Positions 42,251-54,864 of a DNA stretch of 64,000 nt are shown piece after piece (position 1 is the first letter of the stretch; each line of letters begins with the position of its first letter). The DNA lies in NCBI GenBank assembly GCA_964016885.1, contig OZ024757.1, forward strand, positions 24,056,001-24,120,000, in the 5' to 3' direction. The stretch is from Eledone cirrhosa (taxonomy: Eukaryota). A program made the translations under genes and the position numbers. The notes under the pieces were generated by a model that searched no databases, was not told the DNA's origin, and saw only the letters and a program-made list of their open reading frames with translations.

Positions 42251-42313
42251 AGTTTTCTTTAATTAGACAATACAAATTTGATCCACGAAGGAAATTTAAG
42301 TTTTATCATTATT

Positions 42314-42508
42314 AGGGTGGTCGATTGGCAGTATCGGTAGTGTGTCAGACACCATGCTTTGCAGCATAGAGTTATGGCCCTTTGGGTTCTGAGTTCAAAT
42401 CCCGCCGAGGTTAACTTTGTCTTTCATCCTTACGGAGTCGATAAAATAAAGTAGCAGTAATGCACTGGGGTAATTGCTGGCCTTGTGCCAATAGTAGAAA
42501 CAATTATT
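42314..42508 (+). mobile_element. SINE family 1
   Basis: Same boxes, core and tail (GCTGGCCTTGTGCCAA.AGTAGAAACAATTATT). Confidence 0.85.
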
Positions 42509-43162
42509 TGATAAGACGTAAATCTCCTTGATGTACCAAAATGTAGAAATATTTATTTCTGTGTATTTCCAATAGAGAGAGTAGAAAGAAAGTAAAAAAA
42601 GAGAGAAAACAACATAGTTAGGTATTTATAATTTTATTGCCTTTTTTTTCATACAATTCAACGAAAAAAACATTAGGAAACGTATTTTAATGTAATAAAT
42701 GAACACATAATGCACTCTGAACTGCTAGAAAACTTAATCATATATCGAAAATATTGCTGCCTATGTTTCTGGATTTTCTACTTCATAGATTTGCTATACG
42801 TATATCTTTGTGTGAATTATATATAGCACACATACCAGTCTAACAATTTAAGGAGCAACATTTACCAGAGAGCAGCCATGTTGTTGTATTATATCAATTC
42901 CTATACTAGCAGCCATTATGGACACCATGGTTACAATTTATATCAAGCGAAAGAGTTTATTAATATTTTATAATGAATCGTGTAGCAATGGCCCAGAAAA
43001 ACATATAGCACTGAAAACTGAATGTAATCTTGTTCCTTATAATTCTTGCCTTAAATTTAAGAGATCAGCATTTAGAATTATCACTTTAACTTGCAAGATT
43101 TTCTACTGCATCACCAGATGCACTTTCGTGTTTCTAAGGTGTGTGCAGCGTTACATATTCCT

Positions 43163-43231
<69 letters not shown>

Positions 43232-43691
43232 ATGGGTGGGTATAGACTCCCACTGTACATGTGTTGCATTAGTTTTGTTGTTATGGTATTTAGCATGTTG
43301 TTTTTGATGTTAAATTAGTGTGTGTTTTCTTGTGTAGAGCATATGTAATATGAGTTGTGTTATTTTGTTAGGCGAGGATTATATTTGATATGTAGTGTGA
43401 AATCGATGTTATGCGTCTCAGCCTGTGGTGTGTAGCGTTAATCTGTTTTGGCTGTACAGTGTGTTGGTCGAGTGAGTTTCTGGTGTTGCAGTCGTCTATA
43501 TAGTTTATGTAAGCATATCTGTTGTATTACATGATAGGGTGTTAATCTTGCAGAGCATATGTTGTGTGAGTTGTGTTATTCTATTAGCTGCCTACTGTAT
43601 AGGGCGCGTTGTTGTTATTATCGTTACACAATTATTAATACTATCATTACACAATTATTAATTAATTATTACAGAATTGTTAATATTATTA

Positions 43692-43709
43692 TTTATTTAT
43701 GCATTTATT
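43692..43709 (-). terminator. Candidate polyadenylation signals of IF gene A
   Basis: Two AATAAA hexamers on the minus strand (43692-43697, 43704-43709), about 115-130 nt after the stop codon. The context is AT-rich, so chance occurrence is possible. Confidence 0.4.
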
Positions 43710-43821
43710 ATTATCATTATGAAAAAAAAAAGACTTTCTGAAACTTGGTGCTGACGTCAACAGAAAAGTTAAGGACTTCGCAGGAGAATCAGAGCACACA
43801 CGTTCACAGGTCCATCTTTCT

Positions 43822-43857
43822 TTATGAGCTTACTTTGATGGAAAGGGATGCAAATTC
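43822..43857 (-). CDS. IF gene A last coding exon
   Basis: ttttcag|EFASLSIKVSS-TAA. Completes the lamin-tail strand (D..xE.A); no CaaX box. Confidence 0.8.
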   Translation of the reverse strand, partial: EFASLSIKVSS

Positions 43858-44210
43858 CTGAAAATTGAAAAAGGATTAAGCATCCAGTCAATATAGATAG
43901 CAAACGCTGTGATCGATTAAGGAGTTGGGACAGCACAATATATTTCAAATAGTTTTAACAACTATAAAATATACAAAGATTAATAACACAGAAACCTAAA
44001 AATATCCACTAAATATCACTACCAAGAGTTATTTTTAAAGTAGCATGTTAGAACATACACTATACATACATACATACATACATACATACACACATACACA
44101 CACACATACACACATACACGCGCACACAAGCACACACATATACACACACACACACAATCACACACACACATATATATATATAAAGCAAAAACAAAATTGA
44201 TATATCTTAC

Positions 44211-44330
44211 CTTATCTTTCTCATCGAACAAAATAATTGTCGATGGACCGGTCAGTGAGCTCCATTCAGTGACAGTGTTAGATATAATATCATCTTTTCC
44301 ACTCCTATTGCGGTGTTTTGATCCCCATAT
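44211..44330 (-). CDS. IF gene A exon 10 (lamin-tail domain)
   Basis: ctttag|IWGSKHRNRSGKDDIISNTVTEWSSLTGPSTIILFDEKDK|gtaag. 120 nt, phase 0/0; IW and W motifs of the lamin-tail domain. Confidence 0.9.
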
Positions 44331-44357
44331 CTAAAGATGGACGATGATAATAATAAT

Positions 44358-44546
44358 TTTGTTTCTACTTTTGGAACAAAGCCAGCAATTACCCAGTACA
44401 TTACTGGTACTTTATTTTATCGACCCCGTAAAGATGAAAGGCAAAGTTAACCCCGGCGGGATTTGAACTCAGACCATAAAGGGCCATAACTCTATGCTAC
44501 AAAGCATGGCGTCTGACGCTCTACCGATACTGCCAATCCACCGCCG

Positions 44547-44578
<32 letters not shown>

Positions 44579-44945
44579 TGTTTCTACTTTTTGCACAAGG
44601 CCAGCAATTATCCAAGTGTATTACTGGTACTTTATTTTATCGACCCTGTAAGGATGAAAGGCAAAGTTAACCTCGGCGGGATTTGAACTCAGATCATAAA
44701 GGGAGGTAACTCTATGCTTCAAAGCATGGCGTCCGACCCTCTACCGATACTGCCAATCCATAATAATAATAATAACTCTTTCTACTTTTGGCACAAGGCG
44801 AGAAATTATCCCAGTACATTACTGGTACTTTATTTTATCGACCCCGTAAGGATGAAAGGCAAAGTTAACCTCGGCGAGATTTGAACTCAGACCATAAAGG
44901 ACCGTAACGCTTTGTTGCAAACATGGCGTCCGACCCTCTACCGCA

Positions 44946-44984
<39 letters not shown>

Positions 44985-45472
44985 TTGAAGACGGTTGAGA
45001 GATATGAAACACTAGCATGGAAGATAAAACATTTGTGGGCAATGAAAAAATGTGAGGTGGTTCCTAGTCGGGTCGCTTGGTACTGTGAGCACCAGAACTA
45101 AAAGTTATTTTAAAGCAATTGGGACCAGTATCAGGGTGGTGCCTTTACAGAAGATATCACTTTGGAACTGCCAGAATACTTAGAAACGTTCTTGACAATT
45201 GAAGGTGTCATATCAGTCCATTGGTTTTGGACAGCTGGCACCAGTATTACATCATCAGCAACAAAGCGGATAATATCAAAATAATTGTTTCTACTATTGG
45301 CACAAGGCCAGCAATTACTCAGTACATTACTGGTACTTTATTTTATCGACCTCGTAAGGATGAAAAGCAAAGTTAACCTCGGCGCGATTTGAACTCAGAA
45401 TGGCAAGGGACGTAACTCTATGCGTCAAAGCATGGCGTCCGACCCTCTACCAATCCTGCCAGTTCACCGCCC
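44358..45472 (-). mobile_element. Cluster of four family 1 SINEs separated by (TAA)n, plus an R4/Dong 3' fragment (44985-45270, plus strand)
   Basis: Copies at ~44358-44545, 44577-44760, 44777-44945 and 45282-45472. Confidence 0.85.
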
Positions 45473-45629
45473 TTTATCAAATATAATAATATCAAAATAA
45501 TAATCATAATGATGATTTTTTATTATAGGCACAGGGCCAGAAATTTGGAGGAAGGAAAAAGTCGATTAAATCGACGCCAGTGCGTATAGAAGAAATTTAG
45601 GAACAATAGAAATCAAAAGAGGAATATTC

Positions 45630-46047
45630 CAAGGGGACAGCCTGTCATCACAGATGTTTGTATTGTGCATGATACCACTGACAATGATCTTGAGAAAAAC
45701 TAAGGCTAGAATCAAGGGGACAGCCTGTCATCACAGATGTTTGTATTGTGCATGATACCACTGACAATGATCTTGAGAAAAACTAAGGCTAGAATCAAGG
45801 GGACAGCCTGTCATCACAGATGTTTGTATTGTGCATGATACCACTGACAATGATCTTGAGAAAAACTAAGGCTAGAATCAAGGGGACAGCCTGTCATCAC
45901 AGATGTTTGTATTGTGCATGATACCATTGACAATGATCTTGAGAAAAACTAAGGCTAGAATCAAGGGGACAGCCTGTCATCACAGATGTTTGTATTGTGC
46001 ATGATACCACTGACAATGATCTTGAGAAAAACTAAGGCTAGAATCAA
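45630..46047 (+). repeat. Five tandem copies of an 83-bp RT-coding segment
   Basis: AAGGGGACAG at 45631, 45714, 45797, 45880 and 45963. Confidence 0.97.
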
Positions 46048-47446
46048 TTGAAGTCAACCTCTTATTATTCATGGACGACTTCAAGCTTTATGGTAAGAAT
46101 GAATCCCAGCTTGGTTCTCTCATTGATACGGTATATACTTTCAACGATGACATCAGAATGGGGCTCGGATTAAAAAGGTGTGGTGCATTAATCTTGAACT
46201 GAGATAAAATTAAAAGAACTGATGGGTTGGTGCTGCCACTAGGAAAGGTTATGAAGCAAATAGAAGAGGAAGGTTATAAGTATTAGGGATATTGGAAGTT
46301 GATAAGATAATTGTTTCTACTTTTGGCACAAGGCCAGCAATTATCCCAGTATATTACTGGTACTTTATTTTATCGACCTCCGTAAGGATGAAAGGCAAAG
46401 TGAACTCGGTGGGATTTGAACTCAGTCCGTAAAGGGACGTAACTGTGCTGCAAAGCATGGCGTCCGACCCTCTACCGATACTGCCAATCGATAAGATAAT
46501 GCAGGAGGACTTGAAAGGAAAATTTAGGGTGGAATACATGTGCAGACTGAGACTTATGCTCAAGTTGAAACTGAATGGACAGAATAAGATAGAAACTATT
46601 AATACATGGGTGGTATCATTCCTTAGATATGGGGCGAGGGTGATCACGTGGATAGTGGAAGAGCTAAGCAGTTTAGACCGAAAGACAAGAAAGATATTGA
46701 CTAGATATGGAGTATTTCAAGTAAAGAGCGACACAGACAGATTATATGTACCAAGAAAAAGAGGAGGAAGAAGACTGGTGGGGTGTGTGCATTAGAACAC
46801 AAGAAAATTACATGGTGTGGTACATAAAAACTTCCACAGAACCGCTGTTGCTGGAAGTAAGAAGGTCAAGGATGTGCAAAATAAAAGATTGTAAAGAAAA
46901 AACACAGTACAAGCATTTGAAGATGGATAAAACTGAAAGTAGAGGGACAGAAAAAAGAATGTATGGATAATTCCATAGAGATGTTGAAGATAAGACAGAC
47001 AGAGAAAAAGGTGGTTATGGATGGCTAAAAGTGATCTAAAACTGGAAACAGAAGCCTTAATCTGTGCTGCTAACAAGGACTAAGAACTAACTACACCAAG
47101 CATAGAGTAGAACACACAACAGAAAGCGATGTGTAGAGTTTGTGGCATGAATGGAAAAACTGTATGGCATATTAACAGTCACTGCACACCACTAGCTCAG
47201 AAAGAGTATAAGGGACGTCACGACACCATAGCAAAGATAGTCTATTGGAGAGGTTAGCTTGGGAGGTTAAGCAGTTGTGGTCACTGTAAAAGGTGGTGGT
47301 AATACTAATAATAGTTGGAGTCCTGGGAACAGTGACTAAAGATCTTAAGAAGTTCATCAAACAAATAGGGATTGCAATACAGATGGAACACTTACAAAAA
47401 ATATCATTGCTTGGAACAGCTTAAATACTCCAGAGGGGACTCGGAA

Positions 47447-47668
47447 AATAAGGGGTGTTACCTCAGTTTACTGGTAGTGAACAGCTAACACTGTAATACA
47501 TCTCCAGTGTTAGAAGCTGAGATAAGGGGTGTTACCTCAGTTCACTGGTAGTGAACAGTTAACACTGTAATACATCTCTAGTGTTAGAAGCTGAAATAAG
47601 GGGTGTTACCTCAGTTTACTGGTAGTGAACAGCTAACACTGTAATACATCTCCAGTGTTAGAAGCTGA
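47447..47668 (+). repeat. Three tandem copies of a 74-bp LINE 3' UTR
   Basis: TAAGGGGTGTTACC at 47449, 47523 and 47597. Confidence 0.95.
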
Positions 47669-47963
47669 GCGAAGAAATAATAATTGTTTCTACATTTGGC
47701 ACGAGGCCAGCAATTATCCCAGTGTATTACTGGTGCTTTATTTATCGACCCCGTAAGGATGAAAGGCAAAGTTAGCCTCGGCCGGATTTGAAATCAGAAC
47801 GTAAAGGACCATAACTCTATGCCGCGAAGCATGGTATCCGATACTTAACAATACTGTCAATCCACAGCACCTTAATAATAACAATAATGGTTTCTAATTG
47901 AGGCGCAACGCCAGAAAACAAATTATCTAGTTATATATAATTTTATAAATATGACAAACTTAC

Positions 47964-48071
47964 CTTTACGGATTTACCGGCTTTAAAGACATTGCCGTCG
48001 GAAAATGTATGGGAAAAGGTTTTGCCACTGGCTGTTTGTGTCAATTTGAAGCCCTTCAGATTTATTGTCTT
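47964..48071 (-). CDS. IF gene A exon 9 (lamin-tail domain)
   Basis: ttacag|KTINLKGFKLTQTASGKTFSHTFSDGNVFKAGKSVK|gtaagt. 108 nt, phase 0/0; L.G(F/W).L and F....L.AG..V lamin-tail pattern. Confidence 0.9.
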
Positions 48072-48576
48072 CTGTAATTAGAAAGAATTCATACAATATA
48101 CCATAGACAACAGATAACAAAGACTATGTATTGGTTGATGACACTGAACTGTGTGAATTATGTGTATGACTTTGTACCACTCGGTCTGTCTTCCTCTATT
48201 CTTACCTTTTCTCCACCTCAGTGTCATTCTTCTTTGTCTGCACATTGCACTGCAGTCCTTCCCATTGTTTTCTCTCTTTTCTATATTCTTTTCTCTTTTG
48301 GTTAAAGCCCTCGCGCGCATTTCTCTTCCTTCTTTGTCAGTTGACACACTTTTGATAGTTTTTCATATTATTTGTGTAATTCGCCGAAAGGAATAACCCG
48401 CCGTGTCTTTGTCTCTACCTGTTCTCTTACGTCCCAATATGCACTGGAATGAATAATCTCGACCTTGATATACCGAAACCGTAGTGATTTCCAGAGGTTG
48501 ACAGGTGGACTAAGGTGATGGTGTTGTCTGTCTTCCCGTTGTTCTTTCCATTCTCTTTGTCCTGTGTGCCCCGCTA

Positions 48577-48624
<48 letters not shown>

Positions 48625-48629
<5 letters not shown>

Positions 48630-49900
48630 TTTACCTGTTCCAGCAAACTGGCTGAAGCCATACTGGAGCACCGCTGCTTGACTTTCTGTACACACCTTTC
48701 TTTGGTTGGCTGTTGATACAAAATGGAGTTTGTCACAGTTTCCCTTATTTGCATTTTGTCTCGTGCTGTGGGTTCATCTGGGATCTTGATTAGCAGAATG
48801 TCGAGATGATTGTTGAAAACATCTCCATCCACATCTCTCAGATGTTTTGGCAACTTATTAAAGAGCTGGTGGCCTTTGAATACCAGCCCATGAAAAGCTG
48901 CCAGTATCTGCTCTTTATTCTAGATGTGAAGTATAAGACACTTGGCGATACATTGTCGCGTCGTGTTCGAGCGTTGTTCCACCTCTCAATGCGAAGTTTG
49001 GTGCTATTCCTTCCAGGATCTTCCATACATATATCACTATGTATCTCTCTCATCTTTGCTCCAGTGAGTAGAGCATTAGTTCTTTCAGCTTCCCCCAGTA
49101 GCTCACATCTTTCATTGAGGCAATCCACTTGGCGTAGCTTCGTTGGATTGCTTCAAGATTTGTGGTTTGTTTGACACTGTGGGACAACCACAGCTGAGAC
49201 CAATTGTTCAGTCGACTGAGGACAATTGTCCCCTAAAGGATCAACATAGTTTCGCGGTCTCTTGTCCTCAGAATCCAAGAAGCCAGTCGTCTGCACATTT
49301 CTGCCATTTTGGTGATGTGTGCGCGAAACGATGCATCATTTCTCATGTCAATACCCAGCTCCTGTATTGATTTCTACTCGGGGGGGGGGGTTTGATTCCC
49401 CCTGAACCGGTGTAGATTTGTTATAGGGGGTTTTGTGTTTAGGGGTTGATAGCGGAAGGCTTGAAATTTTCCGACATTAAATTGCAGATTGTTGTCCTCA
49501 GGCCATTTTTATATGGCATCAAATTCTCGCAAGAAAGCACCACCAGACGGATTGTTGATTGCCTATGCTACTTTCGTGCCATGAACATAGCTTGTGAGGG
49601 AGGCTGTCTCCACTACAGAGAGCATTATTAAAAGAACCACCACTAACAGTAATTGTTTCTACCTTTGGCACAAGGCCAGCAATTATCCAGTACATTACTG
49701 GTACTTTATTTTATCGACCCCGCAAGGATGAAAGGCAAAGTCAACCTCAGCGGGATTTGAACTCAGATCGTAAAGGGACGTAACTATGCTGGAAAGCATG
49801 GCGTCCGACCCTCTACCGATACTGCCAATCCACCGCCTTACCACTAACAGTAATGATCCCAAGACAGTTCCCTGGGACACATCACATGTTGTTGACGTTC
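48625..49900 (-). mobile_element. Decayed CR1/L2-group LINE 3' half
   Basis: SQGTVLGSLL, NNLQFNVGKFQA, CPTVSNK..ILKQSNEATPSGLPQ (frameshifted), ERTNALL, LPKHLRDVDGDVFNNHLDILLIKIPDEPT; SINE inserted at 49650-49836. Confidence 0.72.
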
Positions 49901-50961
49901 CCTTTGAGATGGCTCCGTTGGCTGCAACAGCCTGGCTTCTGTCTATTCAGAAGTCATGAAATAATTCCCCTAATTACACCCCCCCCCCCCCCCACACACA
50001 CACAATTGTTTGTTCATTCAGCTAAAATTCACAGTAAATGAGTAAATTTTGCTCTCATTATTATCACTAGGGGCGGTGGACTGGCAGTATCGGCAGAGGG
50101 TCGGACGCCTTGCTTTGACGCACAGAGTTACGGCCCTTGCCATTCTGAGTTCAAATCTTGCCGAGGTTAACTTTGCCTTTCATCCTTACGAGGTCGAGAA
50201 AATAAAGTACCAGTAATGCACTGGGGTAATTGCTGGCCTTGTGCCAAAAGTAGAAACAATTATTATCACTATTGTATATATGTATTTATAGATTTAAATC
50301 AATTGACAACCAAAGAAGAACTACAAATCATTTCGTTAATGTTTGCGCGCGTTTCAACTTCAATGGTAGCATATAATACTAAAGCATCATCAGGGCATTA
50401 ATTCAGGATTTGGATGATGAGAGTCCCAAAGAAATACAAATGTCTTAGTTAATTTAAAAGAAACATTGAGTTTCGTGGCATTTGGTAAGAAATGGGTCTC
50501 ATATTCAATTTATTCAACTCCTACTTACAAGTAAACTTGGTGGGGTTGCCGGTTTAGTCGCCGACGACCCGACCATGCGACAGGTTGTACTGGGTTACAT
50601 GTTGCCAGTAGCACTCAAGAGTGACCCGACACATACATACATATATACATACATATATACATACATATATACATACACTTCCATAAATACATGCATACAT
50701 ATACATGGCTGCCCCTTCGTTATCGAGTATGGCCATTGCACGATATAACATTATTAATAATTATTAATTAATTAATTGTTTCTACTTTAGGCACAAGGCC
50801 AGCAATTACGCAGTGCATTACTGGTACTTTATTTTCTCGACCCCGTAAGGATGAAAGGCAAAGTCAACCTCGGCGGGATTTGAACTCAGACCGTAGAGGG
50901 ACGTAACTATGCTGGAAAGCATGGCGTCCGACCCTCTACTGATACTGCCAATCCACCGCCC
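49650..50961. mobile_element. Three family 1 SINEs (49650-49836 minus, 50070-50263 plus, 50775-50961 minus)
   Basis: The first is flanked by the TSD ACCACTAACAGTAAT inside a LINE. Further copies at 46309-46488 (-; TSD GATAAGATAAT) and 47681-47870 (-). Confidence 0.85.
50549..50627 (-). ncRNA. Candidate degenerate HDV-like ribozyme at the 5' end of an RTE-related element
   Basis: Minus strand GGGTCA...CCAGT-ACAACCTGTCGCA-TGGTC-GG-GTCGTCGGCGA-CTAA-ACCGG can be threaded on the P1/P2/P3/P1.1/P4 nested double pseudoknot, with mismatches in P2 and P3. Confidence 0.33.
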
Positions 50962-51826
50962 TCATTAATTAATAATTATTAATTAATGCTTTCGTGAAAT
51001 GCCTGTGCATGAAGATTTTTTTTTTAAAGTGAGGTAAGACTGTGCACTGAGCCAATCCCACTCTCTGAGTGACAGTAGCTATAACCCGAAAAGAAGAAAA
51101 GATCAACATCATCAGTAACTACTGAGCTGCAGGTTTTATGTCGGAGTTATCCCAGTTTCATGAGTTGCCTTCTCCTAAAAGAATGCCCTGATAAAGGCTA
51201 GAGGTCCTTCACTCCCAGTGGTTTAACCGCGTGATCGGGTGTCCAGCCCGATTATTTCTATTTTCCCGTGCATGTACATACAAATGTATACATATATACA
51301 CATGCATACATGTATATACATCTATATACATTTTTGGATGGCCGTTGACTCTTATTAGTTCTTCCGCCTTTTGTCAGGTTTTGTTTTTTGTCCTGCAGGG
51401 TGTCCAAAATCACTCTCCCCACCAAGTAAACTGATACAGCTATCATTTCTACAAGGTTCGACAACAAAATTGAAAGAGTCGTTTCTGCTCACATATACCA
51501 GCGTTCCTTTGCCGTAGCGACTTTATCTTTTATTGTATCATATACACAATTATACCTGATTAAGATCTGACTTCTTTATGTATATATAAATTTGAGCGAC
51601 TTCCGTCCGTCCGCCACACAATGTATGTGTATGTAAAAGCGGCTGGCGTTTCATTTACTATGCTGTGTATGTGTGCGTGTTTGTGTGAATGTAAGTGTGT
51701 CAGTGTTTACGCGTTTACATTTATACACTCATACGTATGCACATGCACAAACACACACACATACGCGTCAACGTCTTGAAAAATACTAGTATATAAAATA
51801 CGTCATGAAAGAAACGTCTTTCTTAC

Positions 51827-51930
51827 ATTAGAATACTTAGCAGTGTCTTCAATTTCAATGTATTCTCCATCAGATTCTAGCTCGATAATGCTGACAGTTG
51901 AGGTACTAGTGCGGCTCATGGTCAGTTTAT
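51827..51930 (-). CDS. IF gene A exon 8 (lamin-tail domain start)
   Basis: ttttcag|AT KLTMSRTSTSTVSIIELESDGEYIEIEDTAKYSN|gtaag. 104 nt, phase 1/0; V.I.E...DG.YI.I motif of the lamin-tail Ig fold. Confidence 0.9.
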
Positions 51931-52177
51931 CTGAAAATAAAAACATCCCATGTTAAATATAATGTACAATACAAGAGGGTAGTCTGACTATGAAGGATTG
52001 ATGCTAGAGCTGTAAAATCTTGCATGCACTAATTTCAACTCTTCTTATTAATAAATGCATTGTTTATTTCCAGGAGCTATGTTGAAAAATGAACGTCGTT
52101 TGGGTATTCCATGAGAGTATCTTCGTCAGCCTATGATATTTCCAGCTGACCCACGTACATACATACATATATATCTT

Positions 52178-52245
<68 letters not shown>

Positions 52246-52319
52246 TGTGAGTGTCTGCGTACTTTACTGCTTTAATTCTATATTCAATTTACGAAAAAGG
52301 ACCTTTCTTTACAACTTAC

Positions 52320-52399
52320 TTTTTATTGCTTGTGACAATGCGCTCTCAGACTCTGTCTGATAACCTCCTACGCTTGATACCATTCCGGAAAAGCTCATC
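52320..52399 (-). CDS. IF gene A exon 7 (tail start)
   Basis: tttacag|G MSFSGMVSSVGGYQTESESALSQAIK A|gtaagt. 80 nt; phases 2/1 exactly bridge exons 6 and 8. Confidence 0.88.
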
Positions 52400-52705
52400 C
52401 TGTAAATGGGAAATATATCTAAAGTGTAAATATTGTTGTTTAATCTGGAAATAATAATGTTGCATTTATTCAATTCTATTCGAATTTATATTTCTAACGT
52501 ATTAGATATTTTATCTTCGAATAAAACATCTGAAGTCTCCTAAAACATGGGATAGTCCAAAGTAAAATGTCTTTAATCATATATCAACTCATTCGTGGTT
52601 TACGGTTAAACAACACCTATAACAGTTATGCAATATAATTGCATTATATTTACACGAAATTTGCTATTTCAGTATTTCATTTGAAGCAAAATAACCAAGA
52701 TTTAC

Positions 52706-52926
52706 CTGCCCTCCTCTGCGTCAAGTAGTTTGCGATAGGCTGCAATTTCCAATTCCAAAGAGAGTTTAGCATCCGTCAGATCCTGCAATTCCTTCATCAC
52801 TGTCTCCATTTCGGTTTGTAAGCTCATCATTTCAGATTGGTGTTGTAATCTTTCCGATGCTAATTGATCCTGTGACATTTCTAGTTCAGATTCTAAGGAC
52901 CTAATCTTGTTCCTCAGAGTAGTAAT
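52706..52926 (-). CDS. IF gene A exon 6 (coil 2B with IF consensus)
   Basis: tatag|ITTLRNKIRSLESELEMSQ...MKELQDLTDAKLSLELEIAAYRKLLDAEEG(R)|gtaaa. 221 nt, ends phase 2; contains the IF rod-end signature LELEIAAYRKLL. Not in the supplied ORF track. Confidence 0.96.
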
Positions 52927-53765
52927 CTATATAAATATAATAAGAAATACAATAATTCTTTACCAAGAACCATTTACACTTGTACCTGTACCAACGTTCA
53001 CGTGGGATGTGTTGAGTCAACTTCACCCAATACATCTACAGCATTTTGAACAGACGACCAGACATAAGCTCATGTTCCGTATCAGTCATGCCAAATTACA
53101 TTATCATTTGACCTTCTCGCCGTTTACGTAATACCGTGAAGGAATCAGGTACAACTATATCACATACGAGTTAAGCTTGTAGACGACAGAGTACAACAAA
53201 AGCAACGGTGGCGCCTATATGTAGGAGTTAAACTACAATTCATAATTAAACAAATCTATTATTTAGCAGTGTTGCGTGCAACATACGGCATTCTTTAAAA
53301 AAAAAATGCGAGACACAGATATCAGGTGCCTTATATATTCGTACATCCACTGAACAGCAATCGAATTGGTAAATCCCTTCGCTTGATGCGAAGCAGTTTT
53401 ACCAAGGACTGTCTAGATGTTTGATAGTTATCATGATTCGGTTTGGACTATTTCTTAATTTATTCTTTTAATTGAGTCTGGCAAACAGTATTGTTCATAG
53501 TTAGTATCTTATTCACCCTAGCGTCTAAGGTCCCTTATGATTTGAATGCATATATGTATATATATCTGTGTTTATCTCTCTTTATTATATTAAATTATAG
53601 GCATATATACATATATACATATATATAATATACATATGTATACATATTTAAGGATTCATGCTATAACCTGTTATGGCACACTAGTACGAGAATGTACTGA
53701 GATCAAAATTCCTGCATATGATTTTTAGCAATATACTTTTTTTCACGAAGTTTGTGAATCCACCC

Positions 53766-53824
<59 letters not shown>

Positions 53825-54184
53825 CAGAGATAGTTTAAAGCTAATCTCTGACTGGTAACCATCTCACTCAACAAACATTAGGTTATATTTTAATATAAAC
53901 CCAATTTAAGTGTTTGGGGTGCTAACAATATTTATTATGTGGAAAAGCCAGTTGTATTATTTTATGAGATATAATTAAAGTTAAAATATATCTCTCTTTC
54001 CAAACAATTGTTTCATTATAAGTTTTCTACAAATTCGGAGAATATTTCCAGTTTATGTAGAAGCCTAATATACATTCATGTAAGAATATATTTAGGTGGG
54101 CGCTATATATATATATTGAAAGAGATCGTGACAGATAAATAGATAGATAGATTGGTATATAAAAATTATATTGATTTTCATTAC

Positions 54185-54304
54185 CTGGGCTTCGGCCATA
54201 CTTAATCGTTCTGCCATCTCTCCGTACTCGCTAGTCTGACGTCTATCTGAAATCGAACTTTGACTCATGGCTGCTGGTCTGGCGCCTGATTTCAGATTTA
54301 GCAT
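54185..54304 (-). CDS. IF gene A exon 5 (coil 2)
   Basis: aatag|MLNLKSGARPAAMSQSSISDRRQTSEYGEMAERLSMAEAQ|gtaat. 120 nt, phase 0/0. Confidence 0.85.
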
Positions 54305-54699
54305 CTATTAAAAAAGCAATAAAAATTAAATTATAATAATTCATATAATATGAATGGCAACAAATGAAGGACGCTTACGTGGAGTAATTCCAGAAATTCT
54401 AGGTTTACACAAAATATTTTATAAAACATTACGCATCAAGAAGGAGATTGCGCAAAATATGATATCACACTTCTCAATAGAGAGATAGCCAACTTACGTG
54501 CAAACTAGAAAACCACAGATGCTGGATCATCCTTACTATCATAGACAATTACAAAGAGTATAGCTAAGATTGTCTAACGTTTTTGTTAGAATAGTGCATT
54601 TAATAACGACTGCATTAGAATGGTTAACATGAAATTAAACTTACGACAATTCTAAAAGACAAAAATACATTTTAGTTATATATTTATATATGTCCTTAC

Positions 54700-54864
54700 C
54701 TGCGCAGCATGTTGAGTTTCCATCATAGCTGTAACTTGCTGCAACTGAGCGTCATACTCGGCACTGAGCTGAGCAACAATATCTCCAAATTCAGACTTCC
54801 ATGTAGAACGGAAATCAGGTATGCTCTGTGATTTTGATAGCATCATCTGATATTCTTTGACCTC
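54700..54864 (-). CDS. IF gene A exon 4 (linker L12 / coil 2 start)
   Basis: cag|EVKEYQMMLSKSQSIPDFRSTWKSEFGDIVAQLSAEYDAQLQQVTAMMETQHAAQ|gtaag. 165 nt, phase 0/0. The acceptor is GAGCAG, so a 3-nt alternative is possible. Confidence 0.9.

Larger units (their letters stand above)
45590..47670 (+). mobile_element. Decayed R4/Dong-clade LINE
   Basis: RGIFQGDSLS, LLFMDDFKLYG, YKY.GI, NKIETINTWVVSFLRYG, RLYVPRKRGGR, CRVCG..TVWHI..C..LAQKEYKGRHD, IVGVLGTV, LQKISLLGTA; interrupted by a SINE at 46309-46488. Confidence 0.82.

Noticed and set aside
51969-52150. Possible Tc1/mariner MITE (also a terminus-like sequence at 53740-53769)
   Set aside because: Inverted termini are too short and degenerate to support by eye.
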